Source of the DNA: Octopus sinensis
Taxonomy: Eukaryota
Length of the DNA stretch: 64,000 bases
NCBI RefSeq assembly: GCF_006345805.1
Contig: NC_043000.1
Coordinates: 144,584,001-144,648,000, forward strand
Direction of reading: 5' to 3'
The translations under genes and the position numbers were made by a program. The notes under the pieces are model-generated. The model had not been told where the DNA came from, did no database searches, and saw only the letters and a program-made list of their open reading frames with translations. This document shows positions 13,401 to 27,793 of the stretch, piece after piece; position 1 is the stretch's first letter; each line of letters begins with the position of its first letter.

Positions 13401-13520
13401 AATGATAACTATTACCTTTGAGATTTCCATCCCATGCTATCCACTGATAGGATCGATATTTTAGATAACCATCTTATCTATATTTATTTGAATATATATG
13501 TATATATATATATAATATAT

Positions 13521-13576
<56 letters not shown>

Positions 13577-13743
13577 ATATTATACATACATACATAAATA
13601 GATAGATGATAGATAGATAGATAGATAGATAGAGAAAAGAGAGAGAGAGATATAGGTAGATATAGATATATACAGATAGATAGATAAACAGAATGATAGA
13701 TACATAGATAGATAGATAGATAGACAGATAGATAGATAGATAT

Positions 13744-13830
<87 letters not shown>

Positions 13831-14134
13831 TGATCGCTAGCCACTACACATTCTTTATTTCACTTCCCGAACATCAAACTAATACATGTTTGTTGACTAC
13901 GTTAACTGTCTTCGTGTTTTGTTTTGTGTGTGAATTCTCCCTATATATACATATACATACACCCACACATACATACTCATACACAACATAGCCTGCATGA
14001 TATTAGAAGTGACTGGAAACTCAACTGCATCTAGTAGGACGTTTACCTCGAATTTTATAATACATTTCAAAATATTAACATTGTTATGTTATTCTGAAAC
14101 CAGCATTAAAAATTCTAATAAACAGATAAAAACG

Positions 14135-14305
14135 AAGAAAAGAAGAAATGCAACGAACGACAGGTCGTGCACGAGAAGTATATTAGCTTGACGGTCGGTA
14201 AAAGGAGAGAGTTCAAAGTTTCGAACATAGCTGTTCCTCCGAAAAACGAAAGGGAAAATCCAAAGAAGGACGAGTAGAAGAAACCGTCAGCAGATCACGA
14301 CTGGT
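14135..14305 (-). mobile_element. Highly diverged copy of the ~200-bp HHR/pLTR family
   Basis: Colinear with 63308-63514. Eroded core reads cggagga-acagctatgttc-GAAAC. Confidence 0.55.
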
Positions 14306-17147
14306 TGCAAATATATTTGCATAAACGTATACATATAAACATACAGATAAGTATACATACATGGATGTATGTATATACATACATGGATGTATGTATATAC
14401 ATACACATACATACATATATATTTATTTACCACACATATATATATATATACACAGAAGAGGGAATATACGAGAATATATTAATCACAACAATTGTTTCGA
14501 CACATATAGCATCGGGTACAGTGCCAATAAGTACGCTATTTACATATTTCTATTCAATAATGCAAATATGTTTCTGTATTAATACGTAATAATTTAAAAT
14601 GCACTTCTTTTATTGTTTTCTGCAATCATATATATATGGATTTTTTATCGGTTGGCCTTAAGTTACTCATGCTGAACAAATTGATTATGACAGTCATTCG
14701 GGATGTGACCTTTCTTTACATTTTACATGTTCTGAAATCACGTGCCTATATTTCCCAGCATTTTTCTTTTAACATAAATTTTAACTTGTATCATGTAGAA
14801 TGGACAAGGCTTTCTAGATCTCCCGGTCATTTTCAGGTGGTTGCGTTCATTACGCCCGCATAAAGTAACAATTTATATTAAAAAAATCATCAAGACATAC
14901 ATTATATGCAATTTGTCATCATGCTCGCCTTCGTTTGATCACAACTCATGAATATTTGTAGATGTTAATTGTTTTCCACATACTCTGTTCATGTAAGGGT
15001 AATCGCATCATATGAAAGCTATAAAAGGCATCGACTGAATTTCCTCGATTGAATTAATTGTCGCATCGGTCCCTTTTATCACACTGTGTATAACATATTG
15101 CAAATCATTACGTTTCGGTCGCAAAAATGCAATATTGAAATGATTAACTACACACCGCGTTTCTAATGGCTTCCGTAAATAGTTACAGTCTGCATACATA
15201 CCTTACAGGGATTTGTTTATATCCAACTGTCAGAATTACACATGATAGCATGTTGTAAATTCAATTTTGCTGTTATTACAATGAATTATACATTGAACAA
15301 CACCATCTATCAGCATTTCCATGAGGAATATGAATTTCATTAGATTGTGAGACGATTTCATATGATGGCGATGATCTATATATAAAATAACTAAATACAA
15401 TTGCTGCGATCGCCGCATTTATTACGAAGCATTTGCTATCTATTAAATTAGAAATCTACGTTTAAAGTGCAAACATTCTCCGATCAGTTAGTATAACGTA
15501 ACATTTCTATCAAGGAGTCCATTGACAATTTTTCGGTTCAAATAACTACGGAATGAAGATAATATTACTGAATTCTAGACTACCACATGCATAATTTAGA
15601 TGGTACCCAATGACCTAAATAAAATCTACACACGAATTCAGCAATATACGTTGAATTATATTCGTTTATAAACTGAGTTTATTAAACTATATCTAGAAAT
15701 AAGCATACTAGTACTTATGAGTACGTTAAAGTGTTAAAATTCTTTTTTTTTTTTTCGGCTCTTATTTCCTGTGCTTCTCTTTAAGAAGTTGCTTAACATT
15801 AAATGTTATATAGAGAGACTATCCGTTTCAAACGGCCAATTTATGTTCATTGTCCTTCGATTCCTTTCATATTTATACACTCTTTCCACTGCTGCGTATT
15901 ATACCTGTTTAAATTCATAAAACATATTGTTTTGCATCTGCCATGCCTTACTTTTTTGCGATTATCTGTTTATTTGGGGTATTTTTGTCCTTCATTGTCC
16001 ATATATTACTGCGTGTATGTGTATATATACTCCTCCAGCAAAATAAACATAAATATATGTGAGTGTGTGTCTGTGTGCATGTGAGAGTCCACGTATCTGT
16101 GTGTGCACGAGTGTGAGAGTGAGCGTTTATGTGAGGTGCGTCAATGTGTATGCGTATGCATTCATGTATGTATCCATGCTTGTATGTATGCATTGACATA
16201 CAATAATTGTTAGTCATAAACAAGTGCTTTATTACAAAAGATTGGAGTTGTTTTGAAATAAAATGCTTAGGAAAGGAAACTAGTACACTGTTGAATAACT
16301 GTTGGCGGTCGGAAGCCAAATGAGATGTATGAAAAAATTACACTGTTTGTTAGTAAAATCCTTGGAGCCATGAAAACTAAAGAATTTGGTATAATAATGA
16401 AACTGCTTTGACAATCATATTATTTGCTATAAAAGAAAAACAGTGGGGACACTTTGGAAGGAGACATTTTGAAATGCAACAGAGGCCCGGAGATTTGATT
16501 CAAATTAAGGGAAGGCAATTCTCTTTTAACTCACAAGAAATGCAACCGAAAATAAATTAACCAAAATAAAAGAAATTCCTGTTTTAACAGTACAATATAG
16601 TTTTCAGCATTTCATTGAATCATTCTGAATATTAGTGGCTTATACATAAAAGTTATATATTACTGTTTCTTGTATTAATGTGACCCCCAGTAGAGCAATG
16701 TCCACCTTATGCGAGCTGTAACTACTATCAAGCCTTTATCGATCTGTTAAAATTTCATTTGGAAAGGGAATTGTGGGTAAAGAGGTAAGAGCTATTGCTC
16801 CCAGTAAATTTGATAACAAATGTTAGGCTGGATGACCTACACAACTTTAAGGTGATGACCTACACAAATCATGCACCTGTATGCTTTAGAAAAATGTTAC
16901 TCGAATTCGATAATTAGACCTCTATAGGGCTTCCCTTGTGTCATAATCAGTGCATCATATATGTGCTCAGATTTGTTGTATATTATGTACAGTCAGTACA
17001 TTCCCTTCCCACACATTCTTCTATTCAACATATATGTAAATACGTACAAAAATTGTAAACTATCCTTGTAATAACTTTGTGTGGCTAGTAAAAAATTCCT
17101 CATTATTATCATCATCATCATCATCATCATTATTATTATTATTATTA

Positions 17148-17226
<79 letters not shown>

Positions 17227-17789
17227 TATTATTATTATTCAGTAGTCTTATTTTTATCGCGTGTTTTATTATTATTACCCTAGCCATAGCTGGACGTGTT
17301 GTTTTGAAGCTCCGTAAATGTTTTGAAAATTTCACTTGTGCAAAACGTTTTATACCTCATTTTTGTTGTTTAAGTTGTTTTGGAAGCCAGCTGCTCTTCC
17401 GGGGCAGGTGGGTGTTATAATACAACCCCCTTTCTTTGTTTCAAAATTCTTCGAAAGTATAAACATTGATCATAGGCGACAGATAGTGAGAGTGAAGAAG
17501 GAATGTTGAACACCAGGCTACAGGAAGATTTTCCTGTCCTCCCTACTATGATTGTCCGTAGACAAGTAGAAAGGGATGGAGAAGCGACAAGAAACGAAGT
17601 ACAAAGACGAGACGAGGTAGAGAAACGTTTTCATTACTACATGCAGGTGACACAAGCCGAAACGGCTTCGACGGAAATGGCAGTCGCAGAAATAATAAGA
17701 AAGAGAGCGAGATTAGCGACAGTAGTAGTGAAGGGACTGGTATAAATGGAAATAGTAGTAAAGGGGCATTCATTCGTAAATATTAGGGC

Positions 17790-19160
17790 ATCTAGAGAAT
17801 TTCTCACTATCTCCTTGGAAAATAAAAAAGGGAAAGCTAGAAAATACTTCGAAGTACACGAAGATAAATGGAAGGAGGGCGCAATTGTCGCTAAGTTTGG
17901 ATGTAATAGCCGTCCGTGAGACTAGGATCGCAGACACAGGGGCCTTGGTGCGCATTTTCGATGACTTAGAGACTTTTGCATCTCTTAGACGACCGAGAAT
18001 GGGGGCGGATTGCAATGTTGTTCAAAAAAGGCCTGGTTGTCAAGATACGGACGGTCTTCCTGGACCTGGAAGGTAAGTGGGTGGTCCTAGATGTGAACAA
18101 TAACAAAGACTGGAGTGGTGCTGCCTGCTTTCTTCAGACGTCTGGAGACCTTTCAAGGAAGTCTCGCTTTTTAGTGTTAGTGGGCGATTGGAAATCTATT
18201 TTGGGTGCGCGTGTGGATTGGGTGGGGCTAGCGGATATGAAAGCAGAGTGCGCAGGCCTCGCAACCCTTTTCAGTCGTTTCCAGATGGCAGACAGGTTCA
18301 GATTGGATTTCCCAAATGCTCCAGTGAGTGGATGTGTAAACAGTGTCGTGCCATCGAAATCATATCTAGATAAGGTATTTTGTAGACCAGCAGAAAGAAA
18401 TAGCACAGCGTGTCCAAAATTTGAATTCGCCAACTACACACATCACTAATTTATGATCGCTACGACTGACCTATGTAGGCTCCATTGACAGGGCTTCGGA
18501 TACTGAAAGATGAATGCGCCCTTCCCAGCTTGGCAAGATTTCAGAGACCGGCTTAAAAAGTTAGTTCATCGAACGTTGACGGGTGCAGTCGTCAAAGACC
18601 GATGGCGTGGTCCCTAAAACAGGCGATTAGAGAAGAAACTGTAGCTTTTAGCAGAGAACTAGCGATAGAGAAGACTAGAGTAGAGAGACACCTAGTTAGG
18701 AAATTAAAGGTGGCACACAGTTTAGGTATAGCGACCGACGTGCTGGCAACAAAACAACTGGTTCTGAACCAAGTCTTCAACCCAAGCATGAAGGTTGCAT
18801 TGTCAGAGCTAGGACACGTGCTCTAAAGCAGAAAGGAACGAAATCCGTTCGATAGTACCAGTTGGTCGAGGTCCAACGTGGTAATAAAACTACAATTCAT
18901 TCTTCGCGGTGTCGGGAAGGACATATGCTACACGAGCCGATGGAGATGTGCGCGGAATTTCACCAGCACTTTGCTGAACTGTACTGGGTGCGCAGTGGCC
19001 GGAGGTGAACTTCACTTCCTATCTAGATGGTATGCTGCGGCCTTCAGCCAGGAAGTGAAGTTCGGCGAAATGTCGAGAACAGCTGAAGATAAACGGGATA
19101 CGTTGGCTAGTTATACGAGGGAGAGGTCTCAGAGTTTGGACGGACTACCTCTCGAGCATT
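17790..19160 (+). pseudogene. L1/Tx1-clade LINE ORF2 fragment (APE endonuclease and linker); possible ORF1/UTR remnants upstream from ~17350
   Basis: LSLDVIAVRETRI, AMLFKKG, EGKWVVLDV, LVLVGDWKSIL, SYLDKVFC, GFGY*KMNA, SQSLDGLPLE. Many disruptions. Confidence 0.75.
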
Positions 19161-19337
19161 TTGATTACCTCAGTTATACCGAAAACATCCAATGCTACCT
19201 GATTCGAACTCTTCTACGTCACACCAGAGCGAATAGATGACACATCAACGGTAGTTTTTTCATTCTATTTTGATTTTTATACGTCCAGCCACGTGCTTTC
19301 ACATACCAGTTCTGCCACTCACACACACACACTCACA

Positions 19338-19428
<91 letters not shown>

Positions 19429-19689
19429 CTGAAGTTTACATTGCTGAATTTTTGAAATTCTAAGTTTAAGTTTTTTAAGTCTTTGAGTATTTCTTTTCCT
19501 CATATAAGTTTTGCTGTGGAATACAGTTTTCGTAATTGTGGATTTTTCAGTTATTGACAGGTGTTTACCTCTTTAATTCTTATCGTAAATTTAATTGTGT
19601 TGTTCCAATAAAAGATATGCGTTGTCAGGAAGAAAGGAAGGTAAAATTTTCCTAGAAAATTGTACATATTAAAGGTTTTAAATGTTCTA

Positions 19690-20650
19690 AAACTATAGTT
19701 TTTTTGCTAGATAAAAGATGTTTACGTTTCCCAATACACAGCGAGAAAGAAAAGGAGGTAAAAACTTTGTATTTGGCTGGATATTTTTTATCATACCTAA
19801 TGTGCCTACTATGACAGGAGTGGAGGCGGACTGACGGTAGCAGGAACGCGGTTTCGATTCCCAGACCGGACAATGGGAGTGTTTATTGAGCGAAAAAACC
19901 TAAAGCTTAATGCGGCTCCAGCAGGAGTAGTGACGAACCCTGCCGTAAACTTTCACCATAACTTTCTCTTACTCTTTCTTCCTATTACTGTTGTAGCTGT
20001 ATTTCAAAGGGCCAGCCTTGTCACGCTGAATATCGCCGAGAACTATGTGTTAAGAGTATAAGTATCTGTGAAGTGTTCAGCCACTTGCACGTTAATTTCA
20101 CGAGCAGGCTGTTCCATTGAATGGAAACCTCGTCGTCGTAACCGACTGAGTGCCACGATGACTATGACAGGAATTGTTTCTATTTGTAGAATCCACATTC
20201 GAGTTAACGCAGCTTTCAGATCTTTGTATTTTGCAAATTTTCCCGTTTCTTTGAGGGTAGCATTGCCATCTGTTGGTATTGATACAACGATTGGAAAGTA
20301 TTTCTTGATGTTCTCTGACAACTATATCCGGCTTATTGGCTTTCGTTTCTCTATGTGTATTGGTATATTCGAGACTATGATTGGTTTATCATTTTCTGAG
20401 ACCTTTTCTGGCGTGTGTTTATACCACCTTACTTCTGTAGTAATTGTGTAGTGTTGGCATAGCTTCTAGTGAATATAAGTCTCAACTCTGTCTTGTCTGT
20501 GAATATATTCCTTCTTAGCCAAGACTGGGCAGCCAGAGGAATATTTTTTTCTTGTTTCGTCTCCATCTCCACATATTCTGCAGTTACATTTTGTATTTCT
20601 TTTCATTACATTTTTTCGTAATTTATGGTTGGAAGGTTTTGATCTTGTGT
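19690..20650 (-). mobile_element. R4/Dong-type LINE fragment (CCHC/RLE region) interrupted by a SINE
   Basis: KPDIVV, VSIP, KFAKYKDLKAALTRMWILQIETIPVIV motifs. Confidence 0.75.
19820..20160 (+). mobile_element. SINE family C nested in the LINE, with 12-bp TSD
   Basis: TSD ACTATGACAGGA at 19808-19819 and 20161-20172. B-box-like ggtttcgattccc. Confidence 0.75.
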
Positions 20651-20659
20651 TATCATCAC

Positions 20660-20716
<57 letters not shown>

Positions 20717-22079
20717 TATTATTGTTATTGTTATTATTATCCTCCTCCTCATCATTAAGTCAGGGCACATGACCCAGTGGGCAGTATGTATCATTTATGA
20801 TCGTGAGGTCATGGTTTCAATTTTTTAACAGAATAGCATCTTGTCTTCTTGTGCAAAATACTTAATCTCGCGTTGCTCTCTGATCCCTTGGTACACCGTG
20901 AGCCCGTTCAAGTAACGCCGATTTGATGAAGAGATTGAGGTTAATGTACAGCACATAATTTTGACCACTATAAACAAACGTTGCTTGCAGGACACTCGGC
21001 AGAAGCGGAACACTCATATATCGTCTTCGATTGGTGAGTGCGGCACTGTTATTATTATTATTATTATTATCATCACCATTGTTAACACGGTGATCTTACA
21101 AGACTTTTAGTACGCTTGTTAAAAGAGAGCTTCATTACGCTTGTCATTGTGTTCTGAGCTCAAATTCTGCAGCGTTTTACTTCGAGGTCGACAAAAAAAT
21201 TGTGTACTGACGTCAATATAATTGACTTAAGCCCTTCGCCGATATTTGTAGCCTTTTGCCACAATTTGAATCGAATATACTAAGGTCACTAACTGGCAGA
21301 ATTATGAGCATTCTGTGAAAAATATTTAGCGACATTCCGTCCGTCTACATTTTCTGACTTCAAATTCAGCCGGAAGTCGACTTTGCTTTCATGTTTTAGA
21401 AGTGTAATCGACTTATTCTCTCCCCTGAAATTACTGACCAAATTTTTAATTGTAATCATTTTGTTGTTGCTTTAGATTTTGTCATTGTTGTTCTTGTAGT
21501 ATACAATAAATATTAAAATCCTGCTGCCATCATTCACCTGTGGTCAATAAATTTTATTACTTCTCTGGTACCGACGTCGTTTGCATCTACCAAATCCCCT
21601 CCAGTCATAATTTCAGTCTTTAATGCCACTCAGATATTAGTGTTGGTTGTCTTTTATATTTCTGGTGACGATTGCTTGATTTGTATTCTAAATTAAGAAA
21701 CATTATTATACTTTGTAGTAAATATCCATTTACCCTTTCCCTTCTTCGTCCTCCTACTCTTCCTCCCTTACCTCCTCATTATCATCGTTGGTATTAATGC
21801 TTTGTTATCGAGTTATCACGTATGGACACGGTATTTTGTCATGCAACCATAACATAATACAAAGTATGTTAAACGTTTTTTTATAAGTCAGTATCGTATT
21901 CTATTGAATTAGCGGCGTTCTTACATCACTAGCTATTGTTATCTCTACAGATTCGTTATGGAAAGTATAGCCACTGATTTCGTTACGACTTTCGCGTCCA
22001 ATGCTTGATGTAAACAACAATGAGATCAAAGATAAAAAATTTGGTTATGGGCCTATATGATATATTTCAGGAGTTTTTT

Positions 22080-23900
22080 CTCCTTTATCACCATACGTCC
22101 AACCTGTTAATCATTATCTCAGTGTTACAGAGCCGAAATGGAAAGATTTTTCTCTGAGAGAATGCTATACCCATCAGCTTCAGATCCCAAGGTCTCTCAC
22201 AATCCTCTTGATCCAAAGCTGAAGAAGCCCCATGCTACTTTTGAGCTGTAACTTATCTAACGAAAACTGGAATAAGGTACTCACCATTTCCAATGCGCCA
22301 ACTGCGATTATTTACGCTTGCTTCTAATAAGTTTCATACCTTTTTTGGTCTTCTTCTGAATCTGCCGTAGGTTGTTGCTCTGTCTTCCTCATTACTTAAT
22401 ATCTTTTTCTGGGGCTTGTTATATAAGTACTATAATATTTTGTACCTTTCTTGTGCAGAAATTTCATGTGTTGTGACACCTGGTGGTTTTCTTTTCTGTG
22501 ACAATCTCAGTCGACTTAACATTGGTATTCCCCAATTGTTTCACGTTTTTATGGTCACAATATTTGGTCAAATATGACAGTATTACTAATTGATATAAAA
22601 GGATGATTCTAGCGATATTATCGTTTTTGAGTTTACATTCAGTTGATGTTATCATGGTACATCATGAAGTTATATGGAAAATTATCTTTGACCGAACAAA
22701 CATTTCTGATATATCTTGCATATCAATATTTTTTGATTTTATCCAAAGGCAGTGTGCTAGCAGAATCATTAACACGCTGGGAAAATGCTTAGCGGAATTT
22801 CATCCCTTTGCCTTTTAAAATATAATTTCAACGACGTTGACTTCAATCTTTCATCTTTTCGTGCTCGATAAAATAAGCAACCTTGAACTTGCCGGCTTTG
22901 GGCCAAACTTTGAAATGAATATTTTCCTTTATCAAATTTGTGCGAAGAGCTTGATCTTAGGCTGTAAATATCTATTATTCTGCTTTTTTTCCTCTTAAAA
23001 GCCTTTTTGTTTTCACTTTCAAGATCTGTGATACATTACTTTTCCACGATCACTTTGTTCTTCCCTCATTTTCTTTTTATCATTTCAGCCAAATGCTGAA
23101 ACTGATGGTTTCAGCGTGTTGCTGTGAGTTTCTTGCATGATCGCACTCTCAGTCACTTAATGGAAATTCTTTCTTCTCACCCTCAGCGCACTTAGTTATA
23201 CATTGCCTACATGTCACGCCTGCTTTTCTCAGAATGTATAGTCGTTGTAATTCATTCGTTGTTCGTTGATAAAATTTTGCCTTTTTTCCTGTCCATATTG
23301 TGATAACTCTTATTTCTACCAGTGTGATTTCACCACACTGTACCTTAGACATGATATTGCCCGTGATATCCCCACACTGTACCTTACACATGATATTGCC
23401 CATGAATTTATATTTGTTATGCTATTGCCTCAATTGTTTTAGATAAAGAACATTTTTTAACGGGCCGGTAGTATTCTCTACGGTTGATATATTTCATCTA
23501 GATTTAAAGTATTTCCAAGAAACCGAGGGAATTACGTACTTTATTAGAATCAATCTCCTATCTAATCTCTTTAGATGTTAAACCATTCCAGATCTCTTTG
23601 CTAGATCTCTACGTCTTAATGTCATATGAACATTCTTCTGCATATCGAATGTTATCATCATATTTGCACTAAACGTTCTCACTAAGTTGGCATTGATTCT
23701 ACCCGATTTTCATTTCTTCTGTAGAGTTTCAAATCAGCCATAGAAAATATGATTTATTCTATCTTGTATCCCTTTCCCTAAAGCGTGTCCAACTTTTAAT
23801 TTCGCAGAATTTAACTCTGTGGAATCCGCTTATTTAAGAACAGTAGCTGTGGAAAGGTTTTACCTTGAAGTATCACTCATTTTCTTTTAAGTTCTCCGAA
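22080..23900 (-). mobile_element. Strongly decayed R4/Dong-like LINE sequence with SINE B remnants (other SINE B remnants at ~21085-21440)
   Basis: Patchy similarity to 27793-30220 (e.g. ELQRLYILRKAG). SINE B piece at ~22746-22920. Confidence 0.4.
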
Positions 23901-24121
23901 TATCGACTTCTATAGCACACAGAGTTATCATTTTTATTATTATTATTATAATTATTATTATTATCATCATCATCATCATCATCATCATCATGATCAACAC
24001 CATCACCACCACCAACACCACCGCCATCATCATCATCATTATCATCATCATCATCATCATCAGCATATCATCATTATCATCATCATCATCATTAACATTA
24101 TCATTGTTATTATTATTATTA

Positions 24122-24675
24122 TTGAGTGAGAGAGCAGTTCATGCCATCAAAGTGACACTGGGGTAAAATATACGAAGCCCAAAATACCCATCATGACTAC
24201 CCGTCTGATAAAGGTACACCAGGCACATGCATCACACCATATGTGCGCGACATGGTGATCTCATATCAAGAAAAACAGCACATGACCTTGCAGGTGGGGC
24301 CCAGTTAGAATTTTCTTCAGGTTGAGTAGCCCATCCCGCTCAAACGGTCCCTGAATAAGGGTTGTTTAAGGATGTTGAAAGAACCACCCAGGTTTCCAGA
24401 GGTGAACTATTCAAACCCCAAATAATCCCTCTCAACACATGGCTATGATGCTCCCCCACTACTTCTGCTCGTGATCAGAGATGCACATATCGTCAGACAC
24501 TAAGGGACATGCTCAACTGGTTAAGGTCAAACAACTGACAAGCATATCTGTGGTATTGAGCAGAATATTTGCTGTAGCCCATCTTTTATACCAAGACAAA
24601 ACAATGTACATGATAACACTTACAATCAGTTAAGATCAGAAGCCATGAGAGCCACTGCCTGGTACTGCATCAGGG

Positions 24676-24678
<3 letters not shown>
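24122..24678 (-). mobile_element. ~555-bp non-coding element in (TAA)n, full-length copy; further copies at 24741-25191, 25233-25749 and 26688-27138
   Basis: Four near-identical copies with an invariant left end (gagtgagagagcagttcatgccatc) and variable right-end truncation. Each is flanked by (ATT)n. Confidence 0.9.
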
Positions 24679-24742
<64 letters not shown>

Positions 24743-25191
24743 GAGTGAGAGAGCAGTTCATGCCATCAACGTGACACTGGGGTAAAATATACGAAGCCCA
24801 ATATACCCATCATGACTACCGTCTGATCAGGGTACACCAGGCACATGCATCACAACCATATGTGCGCGACATGGTGATCTCATATCAAGATAAACAGCGC
24901 ATGACCTTGCAGGTGGGGCCCAGTTAGAATTTTCTTCAGGTTAAGTAGCCCATCCCGCTCAAAAGGTCCCTGAATAAGGGTTGTTTAAGGATGTTGAAAG
25001 AACCACCCATGTTTCCAGAGGTGAATTATTCAAACCCCAAATAATCCCTCTCAACACATGGCTATGATGCTCCCCCACTACTTCTGCTCGTGATCAGAGA
25101 TGCACATATCGTCAGCCACTAAAGGACATGCTCAACTGGTTAAGGTCAAACAACTGACAAGCAAATCTGTGGTATTGAGCAGAATATTTGC

Positions 25192-25235
<44 letters not shown>

Positions 25236-25746
25236 GAGTGAGCGAGCAGAGCATGCCATCGAAGTGACACTGGGGTAAAATATACGAAGCCCAGTATACA
25301 CATCATGACTACCCGTCTGATAAGGGTACACCTGGCACATGCATCACAAACATATTTGCGCGACATGGTGATCTCATATCAAGATAAACAGCACATGACC
25401 TTGCAGGTGGAGCCCAGTTAGAATTTTGTTCAGATCGAGTAACCCATCCCGCTCAAAAGGTCCCTGAATAAGCCTTGTTTAAGGATGTTGAACGAGACAC
25501 CCATGTTTCCAGAGGTGAATTATTCAAACCCCAAAGAATCCTTCTCAACACATGGCTATGATGCTCCCCCACTACTTCTGCTCGTGATCCGACATGCACA
25601 TATTGTCAGCAACTAAGGGACATGTTCAACTGGTTACGGTCAAACAACTGACAAGCAAATCTGGTATTGAGCAGAATATTTGCTGTAGCCCATCTTTAAT
25701 AAGAAGACAAAACAATGTACATGATAACACTTCCAATCAGTTAAGA

Positions 25747-25749
<3 letters not shown>

Positions 25750-25787
<38 letters not shown>

Positions 25788-25892
25788 GTTATTATTGTTG
25801 TTGTTGTGTTGTTGTTGTTGTTGTTATTATTATCATTATTACTATTATTATTATTGTTATTATTATTATTGTTATTGTTATTATTATTATTA

Positions 25893-25959
<67 letters not shown>

Positions 25960-25978
25960 GTTATTATTATTATTATTA

Positions 25979-26042
<64 letters not shown>

Positions 26043-26065
26043 CATTATTATTATTATTATTATTA

Positions 26066-26111
<46 letters not shown>

Positions 26112-26139
26112 CATTATTATTATTATATTATTATTATTA

Positions 26140-26166
<27 letters not shown>
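25750..26166. repeat. (ATT)n/(GTT)n microsatellite; representative of many (TA)n, (ATT)n, (GATA)n, (CA)n, (CAT)n and (TAC)n arrays
   Basis: Directly visible. Other large arrays at 8469-8774, 13490-13830, 27139-27538, 31460-31730, 33535-33822, 41960-42190, 50015-50270 and 59880-60005. Confidence 0.98.
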
Positions 26167-26170
<4 letters not shown>

Positions 26171-26603
26171 TATTATTATTTTTATAGCGTGCTTTCACTT
26201 CACTACCGAGCGCAGCTCTGTGTGCCTTGGGTATGTGCTGTGATTTGTTGTGATGCTCTGATGGTTATTGTATGGAAAGTGTTCTGCGTAGTATGTGTGC
26301 AGTGCCTAGTAGTGCAATTTTCTGTATGTTATATGTGTTTGTAAGTCCTGGTGTTTTTGTTATGTATTTGTCCGAATATTTTTTTATCATGCCTAATGCA
26401 CCTACTATGACAGGAATTGCTTCTGTTTTCAGGTTCCACATTCTAGTTATCTCTATTTCCAGGTCTTTGTATTTTGAGAGTTTCTCCATTTCTTTTAGAG
26501 ACACGTTGTCATCTGCCGGTATTGATACATCAATGAGAAAGCATTTTTTTCTTCATGATCTCTGACAACTATATCTGGTCTGTTGGCCTTAATTTCTCTA
26601 TCT
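26167..26603 (-). mobile_element. 5'-truncated R4/Dong-type LINE (RLE domain and 3' UTR); shorter twin at 27539-27722
   Basis: NRPDIVVRD...LIDVSIP and KLSKYKDLEIEITRMWNLKTEAIPVIVGALG...ALLGTAHILRR. Confidence 0.9.
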
Positions 26604-26616
26604 CTCTATCTCTATC

Positions 26617-26689
<73 letters not shown>

Positions 26690-27138
26690 GTGAGAGAGCA
26701 GTTCATGCCATCAAAGTGACACTGGGGTAAAATATACAAAGCCCAATATACCCACTCATGACTACCCGTCTGATCAGGGTACACCAGGCACATGCATCAC
26801 AACCATATGTGCGCGACATGGTGATCTCATATCAAGATAAACAGCGCATGACCTTCCAGGTGGGGCCCAGTTAGAATTTTCTTCAGGTTAAGTAGCCCAT
26901 CCCGCTCAAAAGGTCCCTGAATAAGGGTTGTTTAAGGATGTTGAAAGAACCACCCATGTTTCCAGAGGTGAATTATTCAAACTCCAAAGAATCCCTCTCA
27001 ACACATGGCTATGATGCTCCCCCACTACTTCTGCTCGTGATCAGAGATGCACATATCGTCAGCCACTAAAGGACATGCTCAACTGGTTAAGGTCAAACAA
27101 CTGACAAGTAAATCTGTGGTATTGAGCAGAATATTTGC

Positions 27139-27189
<51 letters not shown>

Positions 27190-27208
27190 TATTATTATTA
27201 TTATTATT

Positions 27209-27280
<72 letters not shown>

Positions 27281-27496
27281 GTTATTATTATTATTGTTAT
27301 TGTTATAATTATTATTATCATTATTATTATTATTATTATTATCATTATTATTATTATTATTATTATTGTTATTATTATTATTATTATCATTATTATTATT
27401 ATTATTATTATTATATTATCATTATTAATATTATTATTATTATTGTTATTATTATTATTATTCATTATTATTATTATTATTATCATTATATTATTA

Positions 27497-27542
<46 letters not shown>

Positions 27543-27729
27543 TATTATTATTTTTATAGCGTGCTTTCACTTCACTACCGAGCGCAGCTCTGTGTGCCTT
27601 GGGTATGTGCTGTGATTTGTTGTGATGCTCTGATGGTTATTGTATGGAAAGTGTTCTGCGTAGGATGTGTGCAGTGCCTAGTAGTGCAATTTTCTGTATG
27701 TTATATGTGTTTGTAAGTCCTGATTATTA

Positions 27730-27792
<63 letters not shown>

Positions 27793-27793
<1 letters not shown>

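Noticed and set aside
23322-23403. 39-bp tandem duplication
   Set aside because: An ordinary local slippage event with no further structure.
24430-24500. CTGACGA on the minus strand of the 555-bp element as a possible hammerhead
   Set aside because: It is followed by GAAG rather than GAAA, and there is no convincing stem II.
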